Below, one piece after another: positions 24,220-34,491 of a stretch of 64,000 nt of DNA. The stretch is taken from IMG/VR virus record IMGVR_UViG_3300042466_001016; one strand, 5' to 3'. Made by a program: the position numbers and the translations under genes. The notes under the pieces are model-generated. The model saw nothing but the letters and a program-made list of their open reading frames with translations. It did no database searches and was not told the DNA's origin. Each line of letters begins with the position of its first letter. The stretch's first letter is position 1. The stretch is from an uncultured virus (IMG/VR IMGVR_UViG_3300042466_001016). Taxonomy: Duplodnaviria; Heunggongvirae; Uroviricota; Caudoviricetes.

Positions 24220-26580
24220 CTATTTAAAAGATATACTCGAAATATTTTTTTCTTTTATAACCGTAACCATATTATCAGCAAAATCTTTAACAAGGTCATT
24301 ATGTGTAATTAAAAATACTATATCATACATATCCTTTATCTTATCAAACAACGTTTTCAATTTTTCAATATTTTCTACCGCCACTTTACCCAAAACTTCA
24401 TCAAAAGTAATGAAATTAGGCATTGGTAAGGTTGACATTTTACCTAAAATAGCTCTTAAAGCTAGACTAGAGGCTGTTTTTTCAAAACCACTAGCCGATT
24501 TAAGCAATTTGGTGGTATCATCCTTATTTATCAAAAATTGAACATCGTTCTTATCATCTATAAATATCTCGACTTCAAAATCACAAACATCTTCTAGTAA
24601 CCTTTGCACTTCAGAATTTATAATCGGCAGAACAGAACGTAGTACCAATTTGCTAACCCCCTTCTTACCTACTAGGTCTATATATATCTTAAAAATACGG
24701 TCTATATCTTCTTCTTTTTTAATGGTTTCAATAAGCTTGGTCTTGGTAGCTATATTAGTAATATGGTTTTGCATATCAGAAGATACCCTTTCTATCTTGG
24801 TGATAGTATCAACCTTGGTGTGTTCACACACCGCTATATCAGTTTTTACCTTAGATACAACTATATCAACTCTTTTATTGTGTTCTATAGCCTCTAAATT
24901 AAGATTATACTTCTTTAAATCATTCATTTTAGATGAAACTTGATTTCTAAGAGCACCAATTTCAACTTCTAACCTATCCTTATCCAACTCCAAACGATTT
25001 TTTATATCAATTTTACTCTTCATTGAATTCAAACCCAATAATTCGTCATTGATTGTAACCAAATCTTCAGTCAAAGTTAATATTTCACCTTGAACCCTTT
25101 TGATTTCATGGTTATGTTTGTTGATATGTTCAGAATTATCAACGTTATCCAGTTTTCTATTACATGATTGACATATACCACCAGCTATAAGGTCAATCAC
25201 TACTTTATTTAAACGATTGACTTCAGCTTCCTTGACGGCTTTTTCAGACGTTTTGACCGATAATTCCTTGGTAAGTTGATGGTGTAGGTCTTCATCAAAC
25301 TCAATACCCCACATTTCACTTATTTTGATAGCCATTTCACCCATCTTGGTCTTCAACGCCACACCTTTTATACTCAAAGTATCAATTTCTTCTTGTAATT
25401 TAGATGGGTTTAATGCAGATATGGTAACATCTATCTTCTCTTTGCTGTTCAATAACCTATCATTCTCATCATTAAGTTCAGCTATACTAGTTTTTGCACC
25501 CTCAAACTTTATTTTTAATAACTTTTTAAGTTCTTCATTCTCAGTAACTTTTATTTCATGTTCAGCTATATCACTAGTTAGGGTAATTACATCATAGTCA
25601 TTGGATTTTTTCTTCCTTGCAAAGTCATTATACATGACCCTGGCAGCCGCTTCTTTAAGTTCTAGTATTTCTAACCCTATAAGACGGGTCAATATCTTAC
25701 CAGATTCACTAGTGGTTAACCCAATTAGGTCGTCAAGATTATTTTCGGTGGCCAACACCAACATCTCAAAGTCTTTTTCACTACCTATAGTTTCTTTTAG
25801 CTTTGACGTGGTTCTTTTGGCATCTTCCTCGTTTAATTCTTCTTCATCACCATCTGGTAATAACTTGTAGTAGTTGACTTTATTGGTTACATTCCAACCT
25901 TCACCTTTTTTGACGGTACGTTTCATCTTGCGCTCAATAATCAATTCTTCACCTTCAATCTCAATCATACCACGAACAACCAATTCGTTCTTACCACTAA
26001 ACGAATTAAATATTTGTTCGTTCTTATCTGTCTTGGTTGTAGTACCATGTAATAAGAACTTTAATGAATCTATACACAATGACGTTTTACCACCAGTATT
26101 GCTTGGGATTGAGTTTACCACCGTTAAACCTTTAAGTTTGCTAAACGGAACATAATTGTTCTCACCAAATGATAAGAAATTATCAATCATTATCCATTTA
26201 ACAGACCAACTTTTATGTTGTGATTGAGTGAGGTCGATGTTTAATTCACCGTTGACTTTATCATCCAAGGCAACGATTCTATTAAAATCAACAACCTTGT
26301 TATCTCTAGCTATCACTTCCTTCATCAAAGCACGTTGATGATTAACATCCATGATGTTTTCTATGTTTGCACCAGATACCTCAACAGCATCTCCTTTATC
26401 ATTATATTTGATTGGACGATAAACAACTATAACGTTATTTTTGTTTACACCATACTTATTCGCAAAGTGGTTACGAACTTTGTTTTTGGCTTCTTTGGAA
26501 TAATTTTCTGGTCGGTCTGACCACTCCACCTTAATTTTTGAATAAGATGATATTTGTATTTTTGTTAGTGTGTCTTGCAT
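24220..26580 (-). CDS. sbcC: SbcC/Rad50 (T4 gp46-like) ATPase with ~120-aa N-terminal extension
   Basis: IDNFLSFG, atypical Walker A SNTGGKTS, zinc hook CQSC, signature ASGFEK, Walker B FITFDE, H-loop ITH. Confidence 0.9.
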   Translation of the reverse strand: MQDTLTKIQISSYSKIKVEWSDRPENYSKEAKNKVRNHFANKYGVNKNNVIVVYRPIKYNDKGDAVEVSGANIENIMDVNHQRALMKEVIARDNKVVDFNRIVALDDKVNGELNIDLTQSQHKSWSVKWIMIDNFLSFGENNYVPFSKLKGLTVVNSIPSNTGGKTSLCIDSLKFLLHGTTTKTDKNEQIFNSFSGKNELVVRGMIEIEGEELIIERKMKRTVKKGEGWNVTNKVNYYKLLPDGDEEELNEEDAKRTTSKLKETIGSEKDFEMLVLATENNLDDLIGLTTSESGKILTRLIGLEILELKEAAARVMYNDFARKKKSNDYDVITLTSDIAEHEIKVTENEELKKLLKIKFEGAKTSIAELNDENDRLLNSKEKIDVTISALNPSKLQEEIDTLSIKGVALKTKMGEMAIKISEMWGIEFDEDLHHQLTKELSVKTSEKAVKEAEVNRLNKVVIDLIAGGICQSCNRKLDNVDNSEHINKHNHEIKRVQGEILTLTEDLVTINDELLGLNSMKSKIDIKNRLELDKDRLEVEIGALRNQVSSKMNDLKKYNLNLEAIEHNKRVDIVVSKVKTDIAVCEHTKVDTITKIERVSSDMQNHITNIATKTKLIETIKKEEDIDRIFKIYIDLVGKKGVSKLVLRSVLPIINSEVQRLLEDVCDFEVEIFIDDKNDVQFLINKDDTTKLLKSASGFEKTASSLALRAILGKMSTLPMPNFITFDEVLGKVAVENIEKLKTLFDKIKDMYDIVFLITHNDLVKDFADNMVTVIKEKNISSISFK

Positions 26581-26966
26581 TATCCTTCTCCGTATATGTC
26601 TTTTTTATTTTTTTGTATTTCAATACCCAGTTCTTTTGTTATTCTTACATTTTCACCTTTCAAATTTTCAAATTCAGTTTGTAAACTTTCGTATTTTTTT
26701 ATGAGTTCTGTGTATTTGTCAGATAGCTCTGTATCTACCATATTTACTGGTACTTCAACTATCTTTTCAACTATCTTTTCAACTTCCACTTCTACTATTT
26801 TCTCAACCTCTTTTTCTATGGTTTTAATCATGGGTGTTGACCCAAACTTCTCGCTTGTAAACCCTTGTTTTAAGAGCTTTAACGTAAACTCATCAATATT
26901 GGTTATATTGTTGGCACGACAATAATCCCAAATTTCACCTTTTAAATCATTAGGAATTTCCATCAT
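26580..26966 (-). CDS. Hypothetical protein with EK(I/E)VE(V) repeats and coiled coil
   Basis: IEKEVEKIVEVEVEKIVEKIVEVPV. Confidence 0.7.
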   Translation of the reverse strand: MMEIPNDLKGEIWDYCRANNITNIDEFTLKLLKQGFTSEKFGSTPMIKTIEKEVEKIVEVEVEKIVEKIVEVPVNMVDTELSDKYTELIKKYESLQTEFENLKGENVRITKELGIEIQKNKKDIYGEG

Positions 26967-27183
26967 TCATACTTGTTTTAACATCTTCACGTGTTTGATG
27001 CAATAATAAAATCTCTTTATCATTTTTATCAACTGTAATCATAAGCACAGGTTTATCAGCACGATAAACAAGACTATTTTCATCATTAGGGTCTAAAAAC
27101 CCGTATTCACCATTTACCACAATATAGTCATCAACGTCTTGTGGGAGCTTATTGATGAATTCTTTTAATTCTGCAAGTGTCAT
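26950..27183 (-). CDS. Hypothetical protein
   Basis: 77-aa ORF overlapping both neighbours. Confidence 0.65.
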   Translation of the reverse strand: MTLAELKEFINKLPQDVDDYIVVNGEYGFLDPNDENSLVYRADKPVLMITVDKNDKEILLLHQTREDVKTSMNDGNS

Positions 27184-27992
27184 AAATTTGTTATTTTTTC
27201 ATTACCAGTCTCTAAGTCTTCTAGTGACTTTATTTTAAATTGATATAACGGGTGTTTATTTTCTACGTCATGTTCTGTAAATGTTTTATCCTCAACATCC
27301 CACATAAGAAACCCATGTTTGCTTACATTCTCACCGAAATTTTGTTGGATAAGTGAAGAGGGCATAACTATTTGGATGTCATTAAACATTAATTTTTGAC
27401 GTTGGTGAATATCTCCACACATAACTAGGTCACACCCATCAAATTGCTCTAATTCAACCCCATGGTCTATAGTATAACCTATATCTGTTTTGGCACCTAT
27501 TAGTGGACCGTGGAATAAACCAATATATGTTTTGTCTGAACCAAATTCAACTCTTGCTGATTCAATGTCTGGTCGTTCGTTGTTTTCAAAAATGGAATAA
27601 ACACACCATACAATGTTATCATCCAAATAACATTTGCTTTCTTTGAAGTAGTTGATGTTTTCGTCTGGTAAAAATTGAACCATTGGGGTAATGCTGTCCA
27701 TACGGTCTTTATTGTTCTCCAAAAGGTCATGGTTCCCAGCTATTATAACCACTGGAGCTATTTGTTCTAAGCTTCTTAGTAACCAAGTTCCCAAGATAAG
27801 TTGTTCATTGGATATGATGATTTTTTGGTGAACTAGGTCACCAGCAATTACAACCCTTATTTCATCTCTATCGTAACCTTCTACTAGTACTTTTATATCT
27901 TTGATTAGAGTCTTGAAAACATCTTTGTATTCATCATGGAGTCTGAATGTTCTGATGTGTATGTCAGCTAAATGTATTATCCTTTTAACCAT
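27180..27992 (-). CDS. sbcD: SbcD/Mre11 (T4 gp47-like) metallophosphoesterase nuclease
   Basis: HLADIH, AGDLVH, AGNHD, FHG, GDIH, SLIQQNFGE. Confidence 0.9.
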   Translation of the reverse strand: MVKRIIHLADIHIRTFRLHDEYKDVFKTLIKDIKVLVEGYDRDEIRVVIAGDLVHQKIIISNEQLILGTWLLRSLEQIAPVVIIAGNHDLLENNKDRMDSITPMVQFLPDENINYFKESKCYLDDNIVWCVYSIFENNERPDIESARVEFGSDKTYIGLFHGPLIGAKTDIGYTIDHGVELEQFDGCDLVMCGDIHQRQKLMFNDIQIVMPSSLIQQNFGENVSKHGFLMWDVEDKTFTEHDVENKHPLYQFKIKSLEDLETGNEKITNL

Positions 27993-28770
27993 TATCTTTC
28001 ATTATATTATAGTGATGTAATTCTATTAATTTCTGAGCTTCGTGCTTGAGGTACATTATTTGTATTTTTTCAAATGATTCTTTTACTTTATCCCAATACA
28101 AAACATATATTTGTCTACACTTACGGTTTGGGAATTCCATTTCATATAATCTAGCATACACGCTTAACTGTAAGGTGTATATTGACCATTGGCAAGATTG
28201 CAAATGGTCAAACGGTTTATAAAGAGTTTCAAAACCATAAGGATTGAAGAAATTGAAAACACGATTGGTTTTGTAATCACCAACGTCAAAGAAAACATCG
28301 TTGATATCTATGATAAGGTCGGAAGTACCAGCCAACTGATATTGCTCTGAAAAAAGAATACGTTCTGGCCACATTGCCATACCTTCATCAATGTTCAACG
28401 CATTATAACCATCAATTACTTTTTGTTCAAACGCACCCTCATTTGTTTCTTCTGGGAAATACCATTTATCAGCCAATAAATAACGCTCAACAATATCATG
28501 AACCCTTGTACCATAAACATTGGCTTCATCATTAAGAAATTGCCAGTAGTCTAGTATTTGTTGTTGAGTCATTCCAATATAACGTTCTTGTTTAACCTTA
28601 TCTGGTTGTCTGGTTATAGCCAAAGAAACAGCTTCTGAATCAAAGTGAGGTTCTATTGATGCCAGAGTTGTGGTGACAGATTTGTATATCTTACCTGTTT
28701 CTCTGTGATGATACTTATGTGCGATTGGTTCGAGATAAATAATTGATTCCCATTTTTTTATTCTACTCAT
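27985..28770 (-). CDS. PD-(D/E)XK exonuclease
   Basis: SVTT, GTRVH..E, E, AGTSDL, DYKT, Y.LQLSVY. Confidence 0.85.
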   Translation of the reverse strand: MSRIKKWESIIYLEPIAHKYHHRETGKIYKSVTTTLASIEPHFDSEAVSLAITRQPDKVKQERYIGMTQQQILDYWQFLNDEANVYGTRVHDIVERYLLADKWYFPEETNEGAFEQKVIDGYNALNIDEGMAMWPERILFSEQYQLAGTSDLIIDINDVFFDVGDYKTNRVFNFFNPYGFETLYKPFDHLQSCQWSIYTLQLSVYARLYEMEFPNRKCRQIYVLYWDKVKESFEKIQIMYLKHEAQKLIELHHYNIMKDNG

Positions 28771-28782
28771 AATTACTTTTTA

Positions 28783-28813
28783 CAAAGATACTACTTTTTA
28801 CTTGTTGTTGCAA
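28783..28813 (-). promoter_or_regulatory. Bacteroidota sigma-A-type promoter
   Basis: - strand TTG-N20-TATCTTTG. Confidence 0.7.
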
Positions 28814-28834
28814 GTATTTATTATAAAAACTAAA

Positions 28835-29329
28835 ATGAAAAAATTCATTAAATCAAAGATACGCGAAGCTATTGTTATTCCGTCATTTAGACTACCTAAA
28901 ATTGTTGATTTAAAACCAGAAGAGATAAACGCTATAAAAAATATTGCTTGGAATGATTTGGGTGTTGATGATTTGGGTGGTAGTGGTAAAATTGCCCATT
29001 TAGCTATTACCTTTCCTTTTAAAACTGAAGCTAGTAAGGGTATTGTTGTTGATATACAATTAATAAGAGACACTGTATATCAAATACACATACACATGTC
29101 TGAAAATTTACGTGGTTTGGGTCTAGGGTATAAGATATATAAAACCCTTGTTAATGATTTAGGTCATTTATACTCTGGAAAGGGTAGTAGACTGAACCCA
29201 CATGTAACAAAAATATGGGATAAACTAAAAAACGACCCAGATTTTGATTGTATATCTAACCAAAATGGTGATTTATGTATGATTAAAAATAATTCTGACC
29301 AAGATAGACTAACAAACTTCATGCGTTAG
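28835..29329 (+). CDS. GNAT-fold acetyltransferase-like protein (start revised from 28802)
   Basis: Motif A IHMSENLRGLGLGYKIY, LYSG, KIWDKL; MKKFIKSKIREA leader; GTATTTAT motif at 28814-28821. Confidence 0.7.
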   Translation: MKKFIKSKIREAIVIPSFRLPKIVDLKPEEINAIKNIAWNDLGVDDLGGSGKIAHLAITFPFKTEASKGIVVDIQLIRDTVYQIHIHMSENLRGLGLGYKIYKTLVNDLGHLYSGKGSRLNPHVTKIWDKLKNDPDFDCISNQNGDLCMIKNNSDQDRLTNFMR

Positions 29330-30285
29330 TCTAATTCATCATATTTTAAGAACCTTGCCGACATTAAAAGTTTAACAATTCCTTTGGCACCCAATTTTTC
29401 GTGAATTTTTGATGGGTCATAATCTTCTGGACATTTTACAATCTTGATTCTATTCCTTAAATCACCAAAATTTAATTGTGTGTAAAGATTTTTAGCATCT
29501 TTGTAAGCATCGTCATCAAGAACAATCACAATATAACCCATCGCATGGTCATGTAACAACTCCAAAAGCTTAGGTGAGATATATTTCCCCAATAATGGTA
29601 TTGAATTTGGGGTAACTATATGGTCTGTAGCCCCTTCAACGATATAAATTGTAGCGTCAAGGTTCAATTTCCCTTCATTGAAGATAACCTCTTGTTTTTC
29701 AGCATCTGGGTTTAAATATTTTAACTTGGTTTTATCTTTTGAGAACCACCTACCTATGAAATAATTTAATTTTCCTTCAAAATCATAGGATGGTATTATG
29801 ATTCTATTATAATACTTACCATTGGTGGTGTACCCTATATCAAATTCTTTGATTATTTCATCTGTAATACCACGCTCATATAGGTATTTTTTGGCCATAT
29901 CTGATTTATAATCTTTAGAAGTACATTCGGATAATTTTTTGTACCCCTCTGGTATGGTAACTACAATATCTTTATGTTCTTTATCATGAACATCACCAGC
30001 ATCTGGCTTAAGTAGTAAATAATCACGGATATTTTTAGGTGTGGCGTATCGTTTTAATAGCCTCATGACAGAGCCATGCATGTTGTTGACATCTTGACAA
30101 ACCCAACATCTAAATTTCCCTAAATTGTAATTAATTTCTAGATTGCCCTTGCCATCACCATCTGGCATAGATTTATCATCCGAACAAGCTGGACAATCAA
30201 ATTTCGTTTGTCCTGTATCTTCATTATGACCTCGACATTCACCAAGGAAACTTTCTAGAACATCTATTAATAAAAATTGTGACAT
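29326..30285 (-). CDS. DNA primase (zinc finger + TOPRIM)
   Basis: CPAC..CWVC, YLYERGI, RIIIPSY, YFIGR, KYLNP, IVEGATD, LDDDA. Confidence 0.9.
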   Translation of the reverse strand: MSQFLLIDVLESFLGECRGHNEDTGQTKFDCPACSDDKSMPDGDGKGNLEINYNLGKFRCWVCQDVNNMHGSVMRLLKRYATPKNIRDYLLLKPDAGDVHDKEHKDIVVTIPEGYKKLSECTSKDYKSDMAKKYLYERGITDEIIKEFDIGYTTNGKYYNRIIIPSYDFEGKLNYFIGRWFSKDKTKLKYLNPDAEKQEVIFNEGKLNLDATIYIVEGATDHIVTPNSIPLLGKYISPKLLELLHDHAMGYIVIVLDDDAYKDAKNLYTQLNFGDLRNRIKIVKCPEDYDPSKIHEKLGAKGIVKLLMSARFLKYDELD

Positions 30286-30289
30286 CCAA

Positions 30290-30320
30290 CAAAGGTACGA
30301 AATATTTTTTAAAAAAACAA
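30290..30320 (-). promoter_or_regulatory. Sigma-A-type promoter, probably leaderless primase mRNA
   Basis: - strand TTG-N20-TACCTTTG, 4 nt before ATG. Confidence 0.7.
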
Positions 30321-30375
30321 GAAGCTAGCTAATTTTACATAAAAAACTCTTAAATCGATATTACTAGGTAAATAT

Positions 30376-31032
30376 TTATCTAGGCCAAACCCCAATCATA
30401 TTCATATAACCAACACCACATACGTAGGCATCTGTTGTATCAAACGTTTCTTTCTTAAGTTTGTTGTTTTTGTCGTAGAACCAACTTACTTGTGGTTCTA
30501 GTTCGGCCACTTTTTCCCAAAGCACATATTTTTTGTCAATTTCGAAATCATACCCACCAAATAAAACTGGGGTGTTTTTAGCTATTTGTTTTTCGGCCAA
30601 TGGGGTACCATCTTTTTTGAATCTCCTTAACGCCATCAATTCTGGAAAAGCGTATTTACGAGCATCATAAGATGAAATGAATTCTGGTACAACACCTATG
30701 GTATCAAATACTGATTTGGATATCATGCCGTTAAAACGTAAAAGAGTTGCAATTGTATAAACGTTATTGGATTGAAGAAGTGGTTCTTCAATAATAACTT
30801 TGGTAATACCAAAATCAGCATACTTGTTCAAAAATTCAGTTTGGAAGATTTCAACTTTCTTGAATAATTCTTCCATCTTGTTTTCTGGTTGTGGTTTTAC
30901 CTTCGGACTTACATGGTGAAGCAATTTCAAATCACCTTTTGTTCCTAAATCTTCAAATAAAGCAATACCGATGCAACTGGTTGAAATATCCAAGCTTAAC
31001 AAATAGTTTTTATTTTCGTATTCTTTTCCCAT
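30376..31032 (-). CDS. RuvC-like Holliday junction resolvase
   Basis: LSLDISTSCIG, VIIEEP, LLRFNG, ARK, D..DAY. Confidence 0.8.
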   Translation of the reverse strand: MGKEYENKNYLLSLDISTSCIGIALFEDLGTKGDLKLLHHVSPKVKPQPENKMEELFKKVEIFQTEFLNKYADFGITKVIIEEPLLQSNNVYTIATLLRFNGMISKSVFDTIGVVPEFISSYDARKYAFPELMALRRFKKDGTPLAEKQIAKNTPVLFGGYDFEIDKKYVLWEKVAELEPQVSWFYDKNNKLKKETFDTTDAYVCGVGYMNMIGVWPR

Positions 31033-31079
31033 AAATGTTTTTTATTATCAATTTAAGGGTGGTTTACCAAAGGTAAAGC

Positions 31080-32279
31080 TTATAACGTAATTTTTACGTT
31101 AAAGGCCTTAAACTCATTAACATTCTTGGTAACGTGACGGTCTGTTTTGGCCATTGCAATCAAATTACCTAAATTATCGTATAACCCAAGTTCACTAATT
31201 CTAGGAATGTCTGAAGTTGTAAATGTTGGGTTGGTAGAACCGCCAAATTCACCTCTACCAGCAATACATGTTATGTTTTGAAATACGGAAGTTGATACAC
31301 TATCAAATGTCGCTACCGCTGCTGCTGCTGTAGTTGAATCGTAATTAGCAACTATTTGTGGGTGTGTAATAACAATAAACCCTTTGTCTAGATATGCAAT
31401 ACCAACTACCGTATCAGCTGATTGACCTAAGTTTGAATCAGTCAATAGATTATAAAATTCTTTAGCGTTGTTGGTAAATGGTTTAACTGTATTGTATCCA
31501 GTGGCCCATGATAATGAACCAGAACCACCGTTGGGTGTCTTGATATTATCAGAAAACAATAAAACTATGTTGGTATCTATATTAGCTGTAACGACTGATG
31601 TTTCTATTATATTGGCATCTTCTACGCTTGTTGACAAACCTTTATCTTGGAACGTACTATAAATAGTATAAGTTCCAGCTGAAGTTGGTAGAGATAATTT
31701 AACTGTTTTTCCATCTAAACACTCACCATAACTTGTATTCTTGATACCAAAAACAATTATCTTGGTTTGGGCTAATCCGCTTAATGCTGTATCTGAATAA
31801 CCACCATTTGTATAAGTCACACCAGTATAAACATTGTCATCACTAGAATTTAATGGCAAACCAAATGAATAAAATAAATTAACAAGACTATCAGAATTGT
31901 AATTGTTTCTATCAATAACAACTTGTGATAAATTGGTTCCGCTTACGCTTGTAACACCATTAGATGATTGTTGAACTGAAACAAGTGTTGATTGATTTTC
32001 AACTGGTTTTGTTAAAGAACCATTATTTACAATCAATCTACTTTTGATATTAGCATTTAATGTAGTGCTATTACTTACAGATGCATTTGACCCAATTTCA
32101 CCAGCTTCTGCTGGAATTTGACCTGTTGTTAAGGTTAACGGTACGTTATAGTTGGCATCTGAATCACCCAATGAAAATGATGAAATCAATGCGTTATTTG
32201 TAGACACTAGTCTTTGTCTGCCAATAGGTGTTAACTTGGCTGTAAGTGTTATTGTATTTGCTGTTGTATTAAATCCCAT
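31080..32279 (-). CDS. Virion structural protein (tail/baseplate-associated)
   Basis: AKLTPIGRQRL..FSLGDSDANY N-terminus and ISELGLYD..GNLIAMAK C-terminus typical of tail-fibre attachment proteins. Confidence 0.7.
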   Translation of the reverse strand: MGFNTTANTITLTAKLTPIGRQRLVSTNNALISSFSLGDSDANYNVPLTLTTGQIPAEAGEIGSNASVSNSTTLNANIKSRLIVNNGSLTKPVENQSTLVSVQQSSNGVTSVSGTNLSQVVIDRNNYNSDSLVNLFYSFGLPLNSSDDNVYTGVTYTNGGYSDTALSGLAQTKIIVFGIKNTSYGECLDGKTVKLSLPTSAGTYTIYSTFQDKGLSTSVEDANIIETSVVTANIDTNIVLLFSDNIKTPNGGSGSLSWATGYNTVKPFTNNAKEFYNLLTDSNLGQSADTVVGIAYLDKGFIVITHPQIVANYDSTTAAAAVATFDSVSTSVFQNITCIAGRGEFGGSTNPTFTTSDIPRISELGLYDNLGNLIAMAKTDRHVTKNVNEFKAFNVKITL

Positions 32280-32294
32280 TTTTATTAATATTTT

Positions 32295-34430
32295 TTAGAA
32301 GTCCATAGACAATTCCAACATTATTGTGTTTCCAGCTGTCAATGGAACTGGTTTGCTAAGTTTACCAATACAAACCAAATTTTGAGCCGAATCATAAATA
32401 CCAACATCAGTTATTTTAATATCTGGTGGATTGGTAGTTGGGTCTTGGCTTCTAGTCGGATTGGTTGTAGCGTTGAATTGACTAGAGTTAACTCTGATAT
32501 CAAATATTGTCTTATAAATTGTTGCACCAATGTATGTTTCTATATTGCCATAGAAAAATCTTTCATCACCAAATTGCAGATAAGTTGGTTGATTGTTTGG
32601 TGCCATATTAAGCAACGAAACCAAATTAAAGTTTGTTGAAGCCGAATATTTAAGACTATCCAATAAAAAACCTGTTACCAAAGGTGATTGATTTTCTAAT
32701 AATTTAGGGTCAATTGTTTGACCAGAAGTTGTTATTATAGCATTGCTTGTGTAATCAAAAACTTTCCAAGAAGAAGAATCTGGTCTTGTTGTTGTATCTG
32801 AAACTATTTGATATAACAATTTGAATTTGTTAGAGTAAAAACCATAACCATCATAACTAGCACTTTCAAATTTACGCATGTATGGTAATAAATCAGTTTC
32901 ATTCATTCTAAATACAACGTCTTTAGCAGCTGAAGTATTATTTGTAATTTTTATGTAATTTTGACAAGGCAAACTGCTAGTTAAACCAGTAGTCGCTGTA
33001 TTTTCTAAACTATACGTCAAATAAATTGTTTCATTGGGTTGTAACACACCAGTAGATGTACCACCAGAAGGTGATTGTATGTTTGCGGCCAAAGCTGGAA
33101 GTGTCCAATTTCTATTTGATTTATAAGACATAGCGGCTACAATCTCATCATCATGAAATACGATTGTTTTTAATTGTGGGAATACTTTACCAACAACCAT
33201 AGTTGTTGTGTTTGCAGTTGAAATTAAATCTGGGTCTTCAACCAAATCAATGTATTCTATTTGGCTAGTTCCAAGTAATTGTGTTGCACCAGAAGCAATA
33301 AACGTCATACCCATTGTTGTACCACTATTGGTTGCATAACCACTTCTATGATACATCAAATTAGGCATGTTTACTTTAACCATTTTGCTGTTGGTTGCGT
33401 CAACATATAAAAATTCACCATAAAGATTTGAAATAGTATTATTTGTATAATGAATTATTGAAATAGATTTAGATACATCATCTGGGTAACTGATACCAGG
33501 ACCGTTACAGTTAAAATTTGTAGATGTTCCTGTGCTTTCACACAAATATTCAAAATAAGGGTTTTTAGAACCCAAATATGGGTAAGAACCGAATTTGGTA
33601 TAATCTTCATAGGCTGTATTTGCACTCATACCAGCCATATTTTCACACCAAACATTATTCATGTTCCAAACTGGTACATCATGACATGTAACGTTTACAT
33701 TTGAATTGAATGAAAGCGTTCCAGAATCCCAATATGCTGTTGTATTTCCAGTTGCAATTGTATCATAAACTTCACCGCTTTTATAAAAAATAATTTGAGA
33801 TGAAGCTGTTTGGGCTGAATAGTTAGGTAGTGTTCTGTCAACAGTTACCAAAGTACCTACAATGCTTTGAACTTTAAACCATAAGTTAGGAATGGGTTTT
33901 GTAGTATCGGTTGATGTTAAGGTTCCAACTTTATCATTGGTTAATTTTATCATCATATAATCACCTACCGCAATAGAAGTAGCACCCGTTAAATTAAAAC
34001 TTGTACTACCAGTAAATTTAGTGTCTGACACCAATTCTTGATATGGTGTCAAGGTTGAATTTATTGTTGTTGTAAACCCAGTTGCACTTTGGTCAAAAAA
34101 ACCTCTTTCGGCTGCTTCGTTATTAACAATGGCCTTTACAACATTCATATTACCAGCATTTACTGTTTGATATTGAGAAGTTGCATTGCTTGGCGTAATA
34201 AAATACTTGATGTTAGGTTGTCTGTCAAATGGTCTCATCACTTTGCTCGTAGCTGATAACGTTACATCTGTTGGATTTGCATCCACGATTGCTTCCCTAC
34301 CATAATTGATTTCAGAGTCACCTATACCCCAATATGAGAAGTTAAGCTGACCCAATGCAAGTTGTTCTCGACCTTTTTCTGTCAATTTTATGCTGACAAA
34401 TGGATTTGTGTTGTTAATTATGTAACTCAT
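32295..34430 (-). CDS. Virion structural protein, paralogous termini to 31080-32279
   Basis: KLTEKGRE.LA.G..FSYWGIGDSEINY; ITDVGIYDS..NLVCIGKLSKPV. Confidence 0.7.
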   Translation of the reverse strand: MSYIINNTNPFVSIKLTEKGREQLALGQLNFSYWGIGDSEINYGREAIVDANPTDVTLSATSKVMRPFDRQPNIKYFITPSNATSQYQTVNAGNMNVVKAIVNNEAAERGFFDQSATGFTTTINSTLTPYQELVSDTKFTGSTSFNLTGATSIAVGDYMMIKLTNDKVGTLTSTDTTKPIPNLWFKVQSIVGTLVTVDRTLPNYSAQTASSQIIFYKSGEVYDTIATGNTTAYWDSGTLSFNSNVNVTCHDVPVWNMNNVWCENMAGMSANTAYEDYTKFGSYPYLGSKNPYFEYLCESTGTSTNFNCNGPGISYPDDVSKSISIIHYTNNTISNLYGEFLYVDATNSKMVKVNMPNLMYHRSGYATNSGTTMGMTFIASGATQLLGTSQIEYIDLVEDPDLISTANTTTMVVGKVFPQLKTIVFHDDEIVAAMSYKSNRNWTLPALAANIQSPSGGTSTGVLQPNETIYLTYSLENTATTGLTSSLPCQNYIKITNNTSAAKDVVFRMNETDLLPYMRKFESASYDGYGFYSNKFKLLYQIVSDTTTRPDSSSWKVFDYTSNAIITTSGQTIDPKLLENQSPLVTGFLLDSLKYSASTNFNLVSLLNMAPNNQPTYLQFGDERFFYGNIETYIGATIYKTIFDIRVNSSQFNATTNPTRSQDPTTNPPDIKITDVGIYDSAQNLVCIGKLSKPVPLTAGNTIMLELSMDF

Positions 34431-34491
34431 ATGTTATAAATATATTGTTTTTACCTTTATTTTAGTTATAAATATCCAATTGTCAATAATT

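Noticed and set aside
27985..28770. Cas4 or CRISPR-associated nuclease
   Set aside because: No four-cysteine Fe-S pattern and no cas or array context; it fits an ordinary phage PD-(D/E)XK exonuclease beside sbcD.
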